From the NCBI GenBank assembly GCA_965203315.1, contig CBDBCE010000004.1, positions 103,366 to 167,365 on the forward strand: DNA of 64,000 nucleotides, in the 5' to 3' direction. The position numbers were made by a program, and so were the translations under genes. Shown piece after piece: positions 29,593 to 38,323 of this stretch (position 1 is the first letter of the stretch; the number at the start of each line of letters is the position of its first letter). This DNA is from Nitrosopumilus sp. GTDB taxonomy: Archaea > Thermoproteota > Nitrososphaeria > Nitrososphaerales > Nitrosopumilaceae. Under the pieces are notes generated by a model. It made no database searches. It saw only the letters and a program-made list of their open reading frames with translations, and was not told the origin of the DNA.

Positions 29593-30726
29593 CTAGTCGG
29601 GATCTTCGTACTCTATCCTTCTCTGACCGCTTGTCGTATCTGACATGGGGCGCATCTTGCCTTCTAGAATCTCCATTCTTGCTCGATATCCTTCGGCATA
29701 CTCGAGCTCTGAAGGAACAAGTGTGGCTGGATGGATAAATCCTTGACTACGAATATTCATGGCCTTTTTTGTTGCATTCATTCTAATCAGATCCCAATCG
29801 GGAGTTGAGAATCCATCAAAAGGTCCAGTGAATTTTCCATTATGCATACTAAATACTAGTGCTTCTACTATGGGAATGCAAAAGTTGATCGTTGCAGCCG
29901 AGTTTAATTTGACCGGCATCAATGGCATATTGTGACTTCCTCGTGTATTGCCTGCAACTAGATGCGGATTATTAAAGACACTTCCAACTTCTTCTGTCGC
30001 TGGAAATCTCTTCTGCGTTCGAACTATGCATATCGGATCATCTTTTCCTACATACGTTCCAGCGATATTGTGTAATCGATCAGTAGACGCAGCAAGTATC
30101 GGCTCTCCGTCCTTTGTCGTCACGGTGTCGACTACATATCTACCAGGATACATGAGCGCAGCTTCAATAGTCGGTTTGTCTTGCCATAACTCTAACTCTG
30201 CGATCTGTGCCTTTTCGACATCCATTATGTTGATCTTTACTCCTTGTGCTAGACTCTTGTTTACTATTAATCCTGTATTGCTCAAAGAATCTACAAACAT
30301 TCGATATATCGGATAGTTGAATGCGCCAGGTTCTGTCTTGTCAGCTGCAAAGACAGTAAATGCCTCGTTTGCTCTCTCTTCAAACTCCATCTCTGCAACA
30401 CCAGGTCCCATGCCTTTTACATTTCCAGAGAAAGAGTCTCGAAGCAGATCTTGACCTGCACCGTACAGTCCTTCTTCTTTTGCAATTTTTGTCCCTTCCA
30501 TGAATGCATCCCATGCAAGCTTGTGGATCGACTCGTTGTTGGTACCATGTACATGAGACATTACGATATGTGTGTCATCTCCACAATATCCGATATAGTG
30601 ATCCAAGAATAGATCTGAACTATGTGTGATCGTATCTCTAATAGCTTGCAGTAAGCCTTTACTTGGTTTGGTATGTCCTCCTATACCTCCCACGTCAGCC
30701 TTGATAACCGATAATGTTATCTTCAT
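29593..30726 (-). CDS. fbp: fructose-1,6-bisphosphate aldolase/phosphatase (class V FBPase)
   Basis: MKITLSVIKADVGGIGGHTKPS... at about 377 aa is the characteristic archaeal bifunctional enzyme. Confidence 0.9.
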   Translation of the reverse strand: MKITLSVIKADVGGIGGHTKPSKGLLQAIRDTITHSSDLFLDHYIGYCGDDTHIVMSHVHGTNNESIHKLAWDAFMEGTKIAKEEGLYGAGQDLLRDSFSGNVKGMGPGVAEMEFEERANEAFTVFAADKTEPGAFNYPIYRMFVDSLSNTGLIVNKSLAQGVKINIMDVEKAQIAELELWQDKPTIEAALMYPGRYVVDTVTTKDGEPILAASTDRLHNIAGTYVGKDDPICIVRTQKRFPATEEVGSVFNNPHLVAGNTRGSHNMPLMPVKLNSAATINFCIPIVEALVFSMHNGKFTGPFDGFSTPDWDLIRMNATKKAMNIRSQGFIHPATLVPSELEYAEGYRARMEILEGKMRPMSDTTSGQRRIEYEDPD

Positions 30727-30883
30727 ATGGTGGACATGCTATCTACTTTGATTTATGTGTAGTTTTCGTATGGATATTTGGACTTGTTGGTTGGGTCTTA
30801 GTGTTTTTCTTACGACCACTCACCACACCGATCATCTCGCACAAATCATAACAATAATAAATACCCAGAAATAGTGAGTTCAT

Positions 30884-32182
30884 ATGGCAGAAAAACCCCA
30901 CCTGAACTTGATCGTTACAGGTCACATTGACAATGGCAAATCGACAACGATGGGTCACTTTTTGATGGATCTGGGAGTTGTAGATGAGCGAACCATAGCT
31001 GCACACGCAACAGAGTCTGAAAAGACTGGCAAAGGTGATACTTTCAAGTATGCTTGGGTTATGGATAATATCAAAGATGAGCGAGAACGTGGAATCACAA
31101 TAGACCTCGCATTTCAAAAATTCGAGTCTTCAAAATACTTCTTTACTCTAATAGACGCACCAGGTCATCGAGACTTTATCAAAAATATGATCACAGGAGC
31201 ATCTGAAGCAGATGCTGCAATACTGGTGCTATCTGCAAAAGAGGGTGAGACCGATACTGCAGTCGCTGCTGGCGGTCAAGCACGTGAGCACGCATTTCTA
31301 TTAAAGACGCTGGGTGTCAACCAACTGATCGTTGCAATCAACAAGATGGACGATAGTAACTACTCTGAAGCTGCATTCAAAGCCGCAAAGGAGAAAGGTG
31401 AAAAACTCGTAAGATCTGTTGGCTATAAACTAGACCAAGTCCCCTTTATTCCTGTATCTGGTTGGAAAGGTGACAATCTGGTTAAAAAATCTGAAAATAT
31501 GTCGTGGTATACCGGCAAGACTCTATTAGAAGCATTTGATGATTTTACTATATCTGAGAAACCGGTAGGTAAACCACTACGTGTTCCGATTCAAGACGTA
31601 TATACAATTACAGGTGTTGGTACCGTTCCTGTTGGTCGAGTCGAGACTGGAACTATGAAGCCAGGTGACAAGATCGTTGTGATGCCATCTGGTGCACCAG
31701 GCGAGATAAAATCGATAGAGACTCATCATCAGATGATGCCTTCTGCTGAAGCTGGTGACAATATTGGATTTAATTTACGTGGTGTAGAAAAGAAAGATAT
31801 CAAACGTGGTGATGTTTTAGGCACTCCAGACTCACCTCCGACCGTTGCTAAAGAGTTCAAGGCACAAATAATCGTCATACACCATCCAACCGCAATTGCT
31901 CCTGGTTATACTCCGGTCATGCACGCACATACAGCTCAGGTGGCTGCAACTGTGACAGAGTTTCTACAAAAGATCAATCCTGCAAGTGGAGCAATCGAGG
32001 AGGAGAATCCCAAGTTCCTTAAAGTTGGTGACTCTGCAATAGTCAAGATCCGACCAGTCAGACCAACATGTATTGAGACATTTCAAGAGTTTCCAGAGAT
32101 GGGAAGATTTGCACTACGAGATATGGGCGCAACCATTGCAGCTGGAATTGTAAAAGAGATTACCGAAGAGTACAAACCATAG
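30884..32182 (+). CDS. tuf: translation elongation factor 1-alpha
   Basis: GHIDNGKSTT, DAPGHRDF, NKMD; 432 aa. Confidence 0.95.
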   Translation: MAEKPHLNLIVTGHIDNGKSTTMGHFLMDLGVVDERTIAAHATESEKTGKGDTFKYAWVMDNIKDERERGITIDLAFQKFESSKYFFTLIDAPGHRDFIKNMITGASEADAAILVLSAKEGETDTAVAAGGQAREHAFLLKTLGVNQLIVAINKMDDSNYSEAAFKAAKEKGEKLVRSVGYKLDQVPFIPVSGWKGDNLVKKSENMSWYTGKTLLEAFDDFTISEKPVGKPLRVPIQDVYTITGVGTVPVGRVETGTMKPGDKIVVMPSGAPGEIKSIETHHQMMPSAEAGDNIGFNLRGVEKKDIKRGDVLGTPDSPPTVAKEFKAQIIVIHHPTAIAPGYTPVMHAHTAQVAATVTEFLQKINPASGAIEEENPKFLKVGDSAIVKIRPVRPTCIETFQEFPEMGRFALRDMGATIAAGIVKEITEEYKP

Positions 32183-32195
32183 GTTTGATGTTTGC

Positions 32196-32504
32196 ATGGT
32201 ACAACCCGCTCGTGTCAAACTCACTTCAACTAGTCTTCCAAAACTTGTTGGTGTATGTAATGAGATAATGGGGATTGGTAAAAGAACTGGTGTCAAAGTT
32301 AAAGGTCCAACACCACTTCCAGTAAAGCGTCTACATGTGGCTACACGCAAGTCTCCTTGCGGGAATGGCACCGAGACGTATGAAAAATGGGAGATGAAGA
32401 TGCACCGACGAATAATCAACATGCGTGCTGACGATAGAGCTATACAACAGCTGGTACGTCTAAAGATCCCTGATGACGTATATATCGAACTATCTCTTAC
32501 ATAG
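32196..32504 (+). CDS. rps10: 30S ribosomal protein S10 (uS10)
   Basis: 102 aa, directly downstream of EF-1alpha as in most archaea. ...GPTPLPVKRLHVATRKSPCGNGTETYEKWEMKMHRR. Confidence 0.9.
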   Translation: MVQPARVKLTSTSLPKLVGVCNEIMGIGKRTGVKVKGPTPLPVKRLHVATRKSPCGNGTETYEKWEMKMHRRIINMRADDRAIQQLVRLKIPDDVYIELSLT

Positions 32505-32541
32505 TAATCATTAAAATTATGTTAAATGTTTGGTGAGATAC

Positions 32542-32724
32542 ATGTCAGACGAAATCATACCCTCAGATACCGATACCTTTGAAGTAAACTATTCGTGTTT
32601 GAGATGTGGTACACATGTGTCCAATGAAGAACTGAATAGATTACCTGAGATAAAATGCATCTGTGGTTTTCGTGTATTTGTAAAGATTAGACCACCTATG
32701 GTCAAGACCATAAAGGCAGTCTAG
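32542..32724 (+). CDS. rpoP: DNA-directed RNA polymerase subunit P (Rpo12)
   Basis: Zinc ribbon YSCLRCGTHV...IKCICGFRVFVKIRPP. ATG at 32542; the track start at 32530 is a TTG. Confidence 0.7.
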   Translation: MSDEIIPSDTDTFEVNYSCLRCGTHVSNEELNRLPEIKCICGFRVFVKIRPPMVKTIKAV

Positions 32725-32909
32725 TTTTTGTAGCTATGTTCTCGCTGTAGATGAGTCCGCATCTCATCCATACTTGCAAAGTACTGATTGCATTGTTTAC
32801 AGTCATATTGTTGTTCTCCATGAAAAATCTCTTTATGACTCATCAACTCTTCATCACTCGAGAAACGACGTTCACAAATATTGCATATTACTCTCTTGAA
32901 TAGGTTCAT
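32721..32909 (-). CDS. small protein with two classical C2H2 zinc fingers
   Basis: MNLFKRVICNICERRFSSDEELMSHKEIFHGEQQYDCKQCNQYFASMDEMRTHLQREH contains two Cx2Cx12Hx4H units. The ATG at 32909 overlaps the stop of the upstream gene (ATGA). The track ORF extends further upstream. Confidence 0.6.
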   Translation of the reverse strand: MNLFKRVICNICERRFSSDEELMSHKEIFHGEQQYDCKQCNQYFASMDEMRTHLQREHSYKN

Positions 32910-33316
32910 CCAAACTCTGCCTTTTTTTGATCCCAACACCCTCGACACATCTGACCATCGATCTTCCATTTGCTTTTTGGATTGTATCTGATCAAGCCCA
33001 TCTTTGTACCGCATACTGAACAAAAATTCTTCTGTTTTGCATGATTCGATTCTTTCTCATCAAAACATCGTTTACATAATAATCCATCCATATCCCATTG
33101 CCACCTAGGCTCCCATAGATCAGTAATCTTGTATGTGGCCTTGCACACCACGCACGGTTGTCTGACTTTGCCCTCATAGTACTCTTTTGACTTTTCAAAA
33201 TGACAGTTACCACACAATGGACCCTTGATATTCCATTCTCGTTTTGGTTTGTATTTGTGTTTCAACTCTTGGCTGCATATGATACAGTACGATGGTTCTC
33301 TATTCCAAAATCTCAT
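32906..33316 (-). CDS. protein made of three tandem CxxC...CxxC zinc-ribbon repeats
   Basis: Three repeats of CxxC-x16-19-W-x-(I/M)-x-G-x-(L/M)-CxxC: YCIICS...WNIKGPLCGNC, PCVVCK...WDMDGLLCKRC and FCSVCG...WKIDGQMCRGC. Confidence 0.6.
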   Translation of the reverse strand: MRFWNREPSYCIICSQELKHKYKPKREWNIKGPLCGNCHFEKSKEYYEGKVRQPCVVCKATYKITDLWEPRWQWDMDGLLCKRCFDEKESNHAKQKNFCSVCGTKMGLIRYNPKSKWKIDGQMCRGCWDQKKAEFG

Positions 33317-33454
33317 AATATCATCTTGGATCTTTATTCTATAAATTACTTTGAGAGGTCAAGCATTTGTACTATCAAAACTTTACAACTATCACAAAGC
33401 GATGCAAAAAGATATTAGGACAGCCCTATACGTTATGTCATGGTACGACGCAAC

Positions 33455-33559
33455 ATGCCTGTATGTTTTACAAAAAAACAGTACGCAATGATCGAGGAGT
33501 ATGCAAAACGTAGTGGAATGCTAAATGCAAGCCAAGCACTTGAGCGCCTTCTCGATTGA
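33455..33559 (+). CDS. small ribbon-helix-helix-like ORF (34 aa), speculative
   Basis: Hand-translated: MPVCFTKKQYAMIEEYAKRSGMLNASQALERLLD. This is a beta-strand/helix/helix pattern of the CopG/Arc type. Confidence 0.3.
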   Translation: MPVCFTKKQYAMIEEYAKRSGMLNASQALERLLD

Positions 33560-33570
33560 TATTTTTTATC

Positions 33571-34707
33571 TTAACTCATTGACACTAGTAGCTGATCTGG
33601 GGTGTAAAAGTTACCATACTTTTTTGCAAGCTCTTCCAACTCTGATACTATCTTGTTCATGCCAATCTCTCTTGCTGTATCAAATAGCGGTTTTTTAAGT
33701 CCAAGTCCTAGACTAGCAGCACGTTCAATCTCTTCGATATCGCTTACCTCATTAGTTATCAACCATCCTGCATTGTTTAGTATATTTGCAACTAGTTGTA
33801 TTGGATTGTGCCGAGTGGCCATTTCACTGTCGAGTACAACTCGTTCATACTTGTCATCAGAATACTTGTAAAACCCTTCTCCAGATTTTTGTCCTAGTTT
33901 ACCATCTTTGAACATTTGCTCAACTAGCGGATGAGGTCTGATCACTTTATTATCTCTAGAATACATCTCGACAGTCGCTTTGTGTATTACATCCATTCCA
34001 GTAAAGTCAGCAAGCTCGAATATTCCCATTGGGAAACCCATATTGAACTTTACAGCAGAATCGATCTCTTCTAGTGTTGCAGATGTTCGATCTTTAACAA
34101 AACATGCTTCGTGAACCATGGGAATAAAGAGACGATTTATAATAAATCCTGGAACATCTTTTTTGCATATTACCTCTTGTTTATTGATCGATCTCACATA
34201 CTGTTTTGTAATGTCTACAACTTGTGCAGATGTCTCTTTACCAGGTATTATCTCTACCAACTTCATCAATTGTGGTGGATTGAAAAAATGAATTCCGATA
34301 AACTTGTCTGGACGTGATGTTGTATTTGCAATCTCTGTTATTGGAAGTGTACTGGTATTTGACGCAAAGATTACATTTGACGATGCGATTGCATCTAGTT
34401 CCGCGTATACCTTCTTCTTTAGATCCATATTCTCAGGCACAACTTCTATTACCATGTCTGCATCTTTTATTGCGTCCTCGAGATCAACTATTGGTTTGAT
34501 TCTAGATAGGATATCTTTACGCTGTTCATCTGTGATCTTTGATTTTGTCACCATCTTGTCTAGACTCCAGCTTATCTTTGAGATAGCTTTGTCTAGATAC
34601 TCTTGTGCAATGTCTCTTAGAACTATATTGTATTCTGCCATAGCTGATATCTGTGCAATCCCATGCCCCATGACGCCTGATCCTAAAACCGTGATGTTTT
34701 TTATCAT
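33571..34707 (-). CDS. hbd: 3-hydroxybutyryl-CoA dehydrogenase (3-hydroxyacyl-CoA dehydrogenase, NAD-binding)
   Basis: ITVLGSGVMGHGIAQISA..., SNTSTL, GIHFFNPP, and GFIINRL; 378 aa. Confidence 0.85.
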   Translation of the reverse strand: MIKNITVLGSGVMGHGIAQISAMAEYNIVLRDIAQEYLDKAISKISWSLDKMVTKSKITDEQRKDILSRIKPIVDLEDAIKDADMVIEVVPENMDLKKKVYAELDAIASSNVIFASNTSTLPITEIANTTSRPDKFIGIHFFNPPQLMKLVEIIPGKETSAQVVDITKQYVRSINKQEVICKKDVPGFIINRLFIPMVHEACFVKDRTSATLEEIDSAVKFNMGFPMGIFELADFTGMDVIHKATVEMYSRDNKVIRPHPLVEQMFKDGKLGQKSGEGFYKYSDDKYERVVLDSEMATRHNPIQLVANILNNAGWLITNEVSDIEEIERAASLGLGLKKPLFDTAREIGMNKIVSELEELAKKYGNFYTPDQLLVSMS

Positions 34708-34935
34708 TATGCCTAGTGTATCTGTGCTACAATTTTAATCATCACATCTTGGACATATCTACTAATATTGAGTATCGTAATCAGCCTTCGCAAGTGTGTT
34801 AAGACTGGGACAATTTTATGAACTGTATCTATCGTCATTGCATAACTTGACTGTATTATGTCGATATATCATCTATCCAAAAGCTAGAGTTGTCACGAAA
34901 AACCACACACTTGATTTGATGACAAAAACAATATC

Positions 34936-35075
34936 AGACTGTATGCGTATTATTAAGAGTGCCCATGCACAATCATCAAACATGACAACAATGAATCAAT
35001 TTGCCTCTAGAAATTACACCTGTGTTTTACTGTACCTTAAATGTGCGTATGATGTAAGAAATACGCATACAGTCT
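34936..35075 (+). mobile_element. MITE-B copy 2
   Basis: AGACTGTATGCGTATTATTAAGAGTGCCCATG...AAGAAATACGCATACAGTCT. Confidence 0.85.
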
Positions 35076-35299
35076 ATCGTACTATACATTATGTCCACTT
35101 TAGGATGATTAGATCATCTGACTCTTATCTCGATCATGAATCCTCTTGACATTGGGACACTTGTAAACATCATATTCTTCGGGATTATGTGGGTATTGTC
35201 AAGTAATGGGATTACGTGGAAATCGTCCCCCACTAGCTCTGACGAATTGTTACCCTGTCATTGAATATCTTGTTCTATGTACATCTTTGATCTTTTGTT

Positions 35300-35494
35300 T
35301 TAGTTGTCTTTGCATTTTCTGTAGATCGGTTCAAAGAATGGAGCGGGCAACTTCATGGTGTTAAGATATTTCTTAATTGAAAGTTCTGGATAAGAGTTAT
35401 GTTTCTCTAGCGTAAATGACCCCATCTCTGGGTGTTTAAAGTACAAATTACCTTGTTCCATAGTAGGTATCTGCTTGTACCCTAGTATTGACAA
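35300..35494 (-). CDS. HicA-like protein (putative toxin, degenerate)
   Basis: 64 aa. ILGYKQIPTMEQGNLYFKHPEMGSFTLEKHNSYPELSIKKYLNTMKL parallels HicA (..G+..v.qkGSHh.fkHP.g..vtvP.H...l..gtl..ILKqaGL). The GSH histidine is not conserved. Confidence 0.4.
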   Translation of the reverse strand: MSILGYKQIPTMEQGNLYFKHPEMGSFTLEKHNSYPELSIKKYLNTMKLPAPFFEPIYRKCKDN

Positions 35495-35517
35495 TACTTT
35501 TTTAAAATGATGCCAAT

Positions 35518-35733
35518 TTATTTTTCAAATTTAAACTTCACCATTTGATCGTTTTTTGGAAAGAATTTATGTTTTGTTTCCGGAAATGCTTCTACATAGC
35601 CATTTAAGAGTCGTTTTAGATTATCTTTGATCTCAGACTTTGTCTTGCCTGTAACAAGAATTTCAGGATGGTTGGGGCACTGAGCCAAATACCCTTCGGG
35701 AATTTTGAATAAATCAACAGACATTTGTTCCAT
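35518..35733 (-). CDS. HicB-like (UPF0150) protein (putative antitoxin)
   Basis: 71 aa. IPEGYLAQCPNHPEILVTGKTKSEIKDNLKRLLNGYVEAF matches the HicB N-domain pattern (EGGYxAxxPdlPGcxTqGdTxEEAxxnxxeAl..). Confidence 0.5.
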   Translation of the reverse strand: MEQMSVDLFKIPEGYLAQCPNHPEILVTGKTKSEIKDNLKRLLNGYVEAFPETKHKFFPKNDQMVKFKFEK

Positions 35734-35911
35734 GTTTAATTAGTGAAATTGATATTATATAAGCCTACCTTATATAATTGTGATGCTCAATAGATTGATA
35801 CATTGTTTGGACACACATACTGAACGCTTCTTTAAAAACCACATTTGATCGCTATGACGACTCATCGTCATCGATTCTAATCCTGCGTGAAACCGTTCAA
35901 AAGACTGTATG

Positions 35912-36041
35912 TGTATTTCTTACATCATACGCACATTTAAGGTACAATAAAACACAGGTGTAATTTCTAGAGGCAAATTGATTCATTGTTATCGTGTTTG
36001 ATGATTGGGCATGGGCACTTTCAATAATACGCATACAGTCT
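35912..36041 (-). mobile_element. MITE-B copy 3 (inverted relative to copy 2)
   Basis: AGACTGTATGTGTATTTCTTACATC...GGCAAATTGATTC...CAATAATACGCATACAGTCT. Confidence 0.85.
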
Positions 36042-36280
36042 AAAGTAGATTCAGATGATGCCTAGCATATGAGTCGATCTAAATGATCATCCACAAAGCG
36101 ATCTAAAAGAGGAAATGCAATCACTGTGAAATGTTTACAAGTTTTCAGATTTCCTGTCTTTGGTATAGTTTACACTAGTAATGTATTCCTCACAATCACA
36201 GGATTTCGGATATCTGTCCATCTGCGCTCAAAGCTCAACACCATCTTATCCTTTGTCAAAATCTGTCCATTTGTCTCACC

Positions 36281-36390
36281 GAGATTCTCCCTCATCGTTT
36301 TTACGGACTATGGGTTTTGACTATAATTGTACAACAAACTTTTTCTCCTCTCTGAACACGCAATGTATCTCACGTAAATCGAAAAGATAC
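36281..36390 (+). mobile_element. MITE-A copy, degenerate
   Basis: ...ATTGTACAACAAACTTTTTCTCC...TATCTCACGTAAATCGAAAAGATAC. The 3' TIR is clear and the 5' end is eroded. Confidence 0.45.
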
Positions 36391-36483
36391 TTACATGTAC
36401 ATGGATGACCGTTTGTCCATCTTGTTTCTACGCCTCACAATCTAGACGGAATCTAAAAAAAATAGATGAATGGGAGTCGTCGA

Positions 36484-36900
36484 CTATATTCCAGATGCTT
36501 CTGATGGATGAAATACGATGACGCCGACCCATTCTGATACACTTTTGAGTGCTCTATCTGATGTTATGAGAGTTAGGTTCTTTGCTTTGCATAGACTTAG
36601 TATCTTGTTGTCTCCATTGTGACATAGATGAAACTGTTCTGACATCTTTTTCGCATCTACGATGTTGTCTGTATTGACCTTTTGCACCTCTATCTCTCGT
36701 CCTAAAAGTTTCTCAACCTTTGAGATTATGTTTTCAGACATGTATCCACGTACACGTCTTACTTCTTTCAAGACTACATCGCACAAGACGATCTTTATCG
36801 ATTTGCCTCTTAGTTGGGCTTTCAGCCCCGATGCTTTCTTTGGTTCGTCCATGATGGCTATCACGACACACGAATCAAGCATGACTTTTCTTATGTTCAT
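36484..36900 (-). CDS. PIN-domain (VapC-like) nuclease
   Basis: MNIRKVMLDSCVVIAI...DNKILSLCKAKNLTLITSDRAL shows the acidic residues in PIN pattern. The Met at 36900 is preferred, because the track start at 36960 reads through a tandem repeat. Confidence 0.6.
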   Translation of the reverse strand: MNIRKVMLDSCVVIAIMDEPKKASGLKAQLRGKSIKIVLCDVVLKEVRRVRGYMSENIISKVEKLLGREIEVQKVNTDNIVDAKKMSEQFHLCHNGDNKILSLCKAKNLTLITSDRALKSVSEWVGVIVFHPSEASGI

Positions 36901-36938
36901 AGACTTCTTGATACATACAAAATTATTATATACTACAC

Positions 36939-36964
36939 ACATACTATACATACTAGACATACTA
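36939..36964 (+). repeat. three ACATACTA motifs at 9-bp spacing in the 63-bp divergent promoter region
   Basis: ACATACTA-T-ACATACTA-G-ACATACTA-TG. The last unit overlaps the ATG at 36964. Confidence 0.8.
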
Positions 36965-37719
36965 TGAAAATAATTGAGAATTTACGTGTACATGTAGCAC
37001 CTGTTGGCTTTGAGATCGATAGAATAGTCCTGCCTGCAAAGAATATGAAGGCAGATCGAGTATATCTACTCGTACATGACAATCCTAGTCTCGACAAGGC
37101 AACAAAGTTCTATGATAGAATTGAAAAAAGCCTGAAAGAGGCAAATATTGAGACTGTACGGGAGAGTCATGATCGTCTAGATATGTTCAAGATTATAAAG
37201 TCAGTAAAAACAATCGCTGAAAAAGAGAAGGGAAACACAATCTACATCAATCTGGCATCCGGCTCCAAGATTCAATCTATTGCATCTATGATTGCATCTA
37301 TGATGTTCAATGATGATGCTAACATACATCCATTTTATGTAGAAGCAGAAAAGTATGTGGGATTTTCTGACAAAGCAATATCTTCTGAAAAGCCGATATC
37401 TTCTGGAATAAAAGAGATCCAATCTGTTCCTACATATGAGATACGAAAGCCGGCTCAGCGACATATAGATGCTCTCCAAATAGTTGTAGAGAGTGAAGGT
37501 CGACTATCGAAGAAGGAGATGGCTCGTATTGCAAAGGAGAGAAGACTCATTACAGTTAATGCCACAAACGAAAGTCAAGCTACCTTTGCCAGTCTCGACA
37601 AGAATATAATTCGTCCATTGGAAGATCAGTGGAAATTTATCAAGGTAGAAAAGATTGGGCGAAACAGATGGATTCAAGTTACAGAACACGGACAAAATGC
37701 TGCAAAATTTCTACTTTAA
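36964..37719 (+). CDS. Csa3/CARF-like Rossmann domain plus C-terminal winged-HTH regulator
   Basis: 251 aa. N-terminal RVHVAPVGFEIDRIVLP...ADRVYLLV and IYINLASGSKIQSIASMIA (compare CARF hhTGGTK). C-terminal ...LSKKEMARIAKE...WKFIKVEKIGRNRWIQVTEHG is wHTH-like. ATG at 36964; the track start at 36814 overlaps the PIN gene. Confidence 0.55.
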   Translation: MKIIENLRVHVAPVGFEIDRIVLPAKNMKADRVYLLVHDNPSLDKATKFYDRIEKSLKEANIETVRESHDRLDMFKIIKSVKTIAEKEKGNTIYINLASGSKIQSIASMIASMMFNDDANIHPFYVEAEKYVGFSDKAISSEKPISSGIKEIQSVPTYEIRKPAQRHIDALQIVVESEGRLSKKEMARIAKERRLITVNATNESQATFASLDKNIIRPLEDQWKFIKVEKIGRNRWIQVTEHGQNAAKFLL

Positions 37720-37883
37720 CATGAACAAAAATCTTTAAGCTTGGACAGATGACACGAACACATCTCAATTCTCGCATGTTATTTTGTTATCGTGCTAGAT
37801 CGACCCTCCGATGAATGTTTTGATCAATTAGTGATTCAGACTTTGTCTAGACATCCCGATCAGAATTATGCGGGTACAGTTTG

Positions 37884-38002
37884 GGATCTTTTCGATTTAT
37901 GTGGGGTAGCATTTTACAAGACAGCCCTTGCTAAATTTTCCCCATAGAATCTCATAGTGCTGTCTCCATAACCATTCTATCCCACGTAAATCGAAAAGAT
38001 CC
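37884..38002 (+). mobile_element. MITE-A copy 3
   Basis: GGATCTTTTCGATTTATGTGGGGTAGCATTTTACAAG...CATTCTATCCCACGTAAATCGAAAAGATCC. Confidence 0.85.
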
Positions 38003-38323
38003 GAGAAAGTGTCCTGACTGTGGGTCTAGTCTGAGGCGGATATTTCACTCCTAGATCCATATCTCCGTTAACTAAAACGAATACAAATCACGGTTGTTTT
38101 GTAGAGGGATTACCAGCATATGATCTCTATGGTTTGTTGTGACAATACGTATTGTGATCAAACATTTAATCGTCTAATGTTTACAAAACTTATTGATAAT
38201 TGGTAGACATGTCAAGATCAGTCAAGTGGACAGAATCGACTCGTCTAGGGCACATATAAAAACATTACGTATCATAGATACGACTCTCATATATAGTAAA
38301 AAAGTTATACAACAATTAATAAC

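Noticed and set aside
30743-31117. 124-aa minus-strand ORF overlapping the EF-1alpha start region
   Set aside because: It is antisense to the highly conserved tuf 5' end and its promoter, with an implausible Cys/Ser/Ile-rich composition.
36814-36963. Upstream extension of the Csa3-like ORF (track start at 36814), and the 36662-36967 plus-strand ORF
   Set aside because: Both overlap the PIN gene on the opposite strand and read through the ACATACTA tandem repeat. The ATG at 36964 begins the conserved-looking MKIIENLRVHVAPVGF segment.
38001-38054. Short frame PRKCPDCGSSLRRIFHS* directly after MITE-A copy 3, possibly the tail of a zinc-ribbon gene disrupted by the MITE
   Set aside because: It is only 17 codons. 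I could not reconstruct a convincing upstream half across the MITE, so it is too weak to call.
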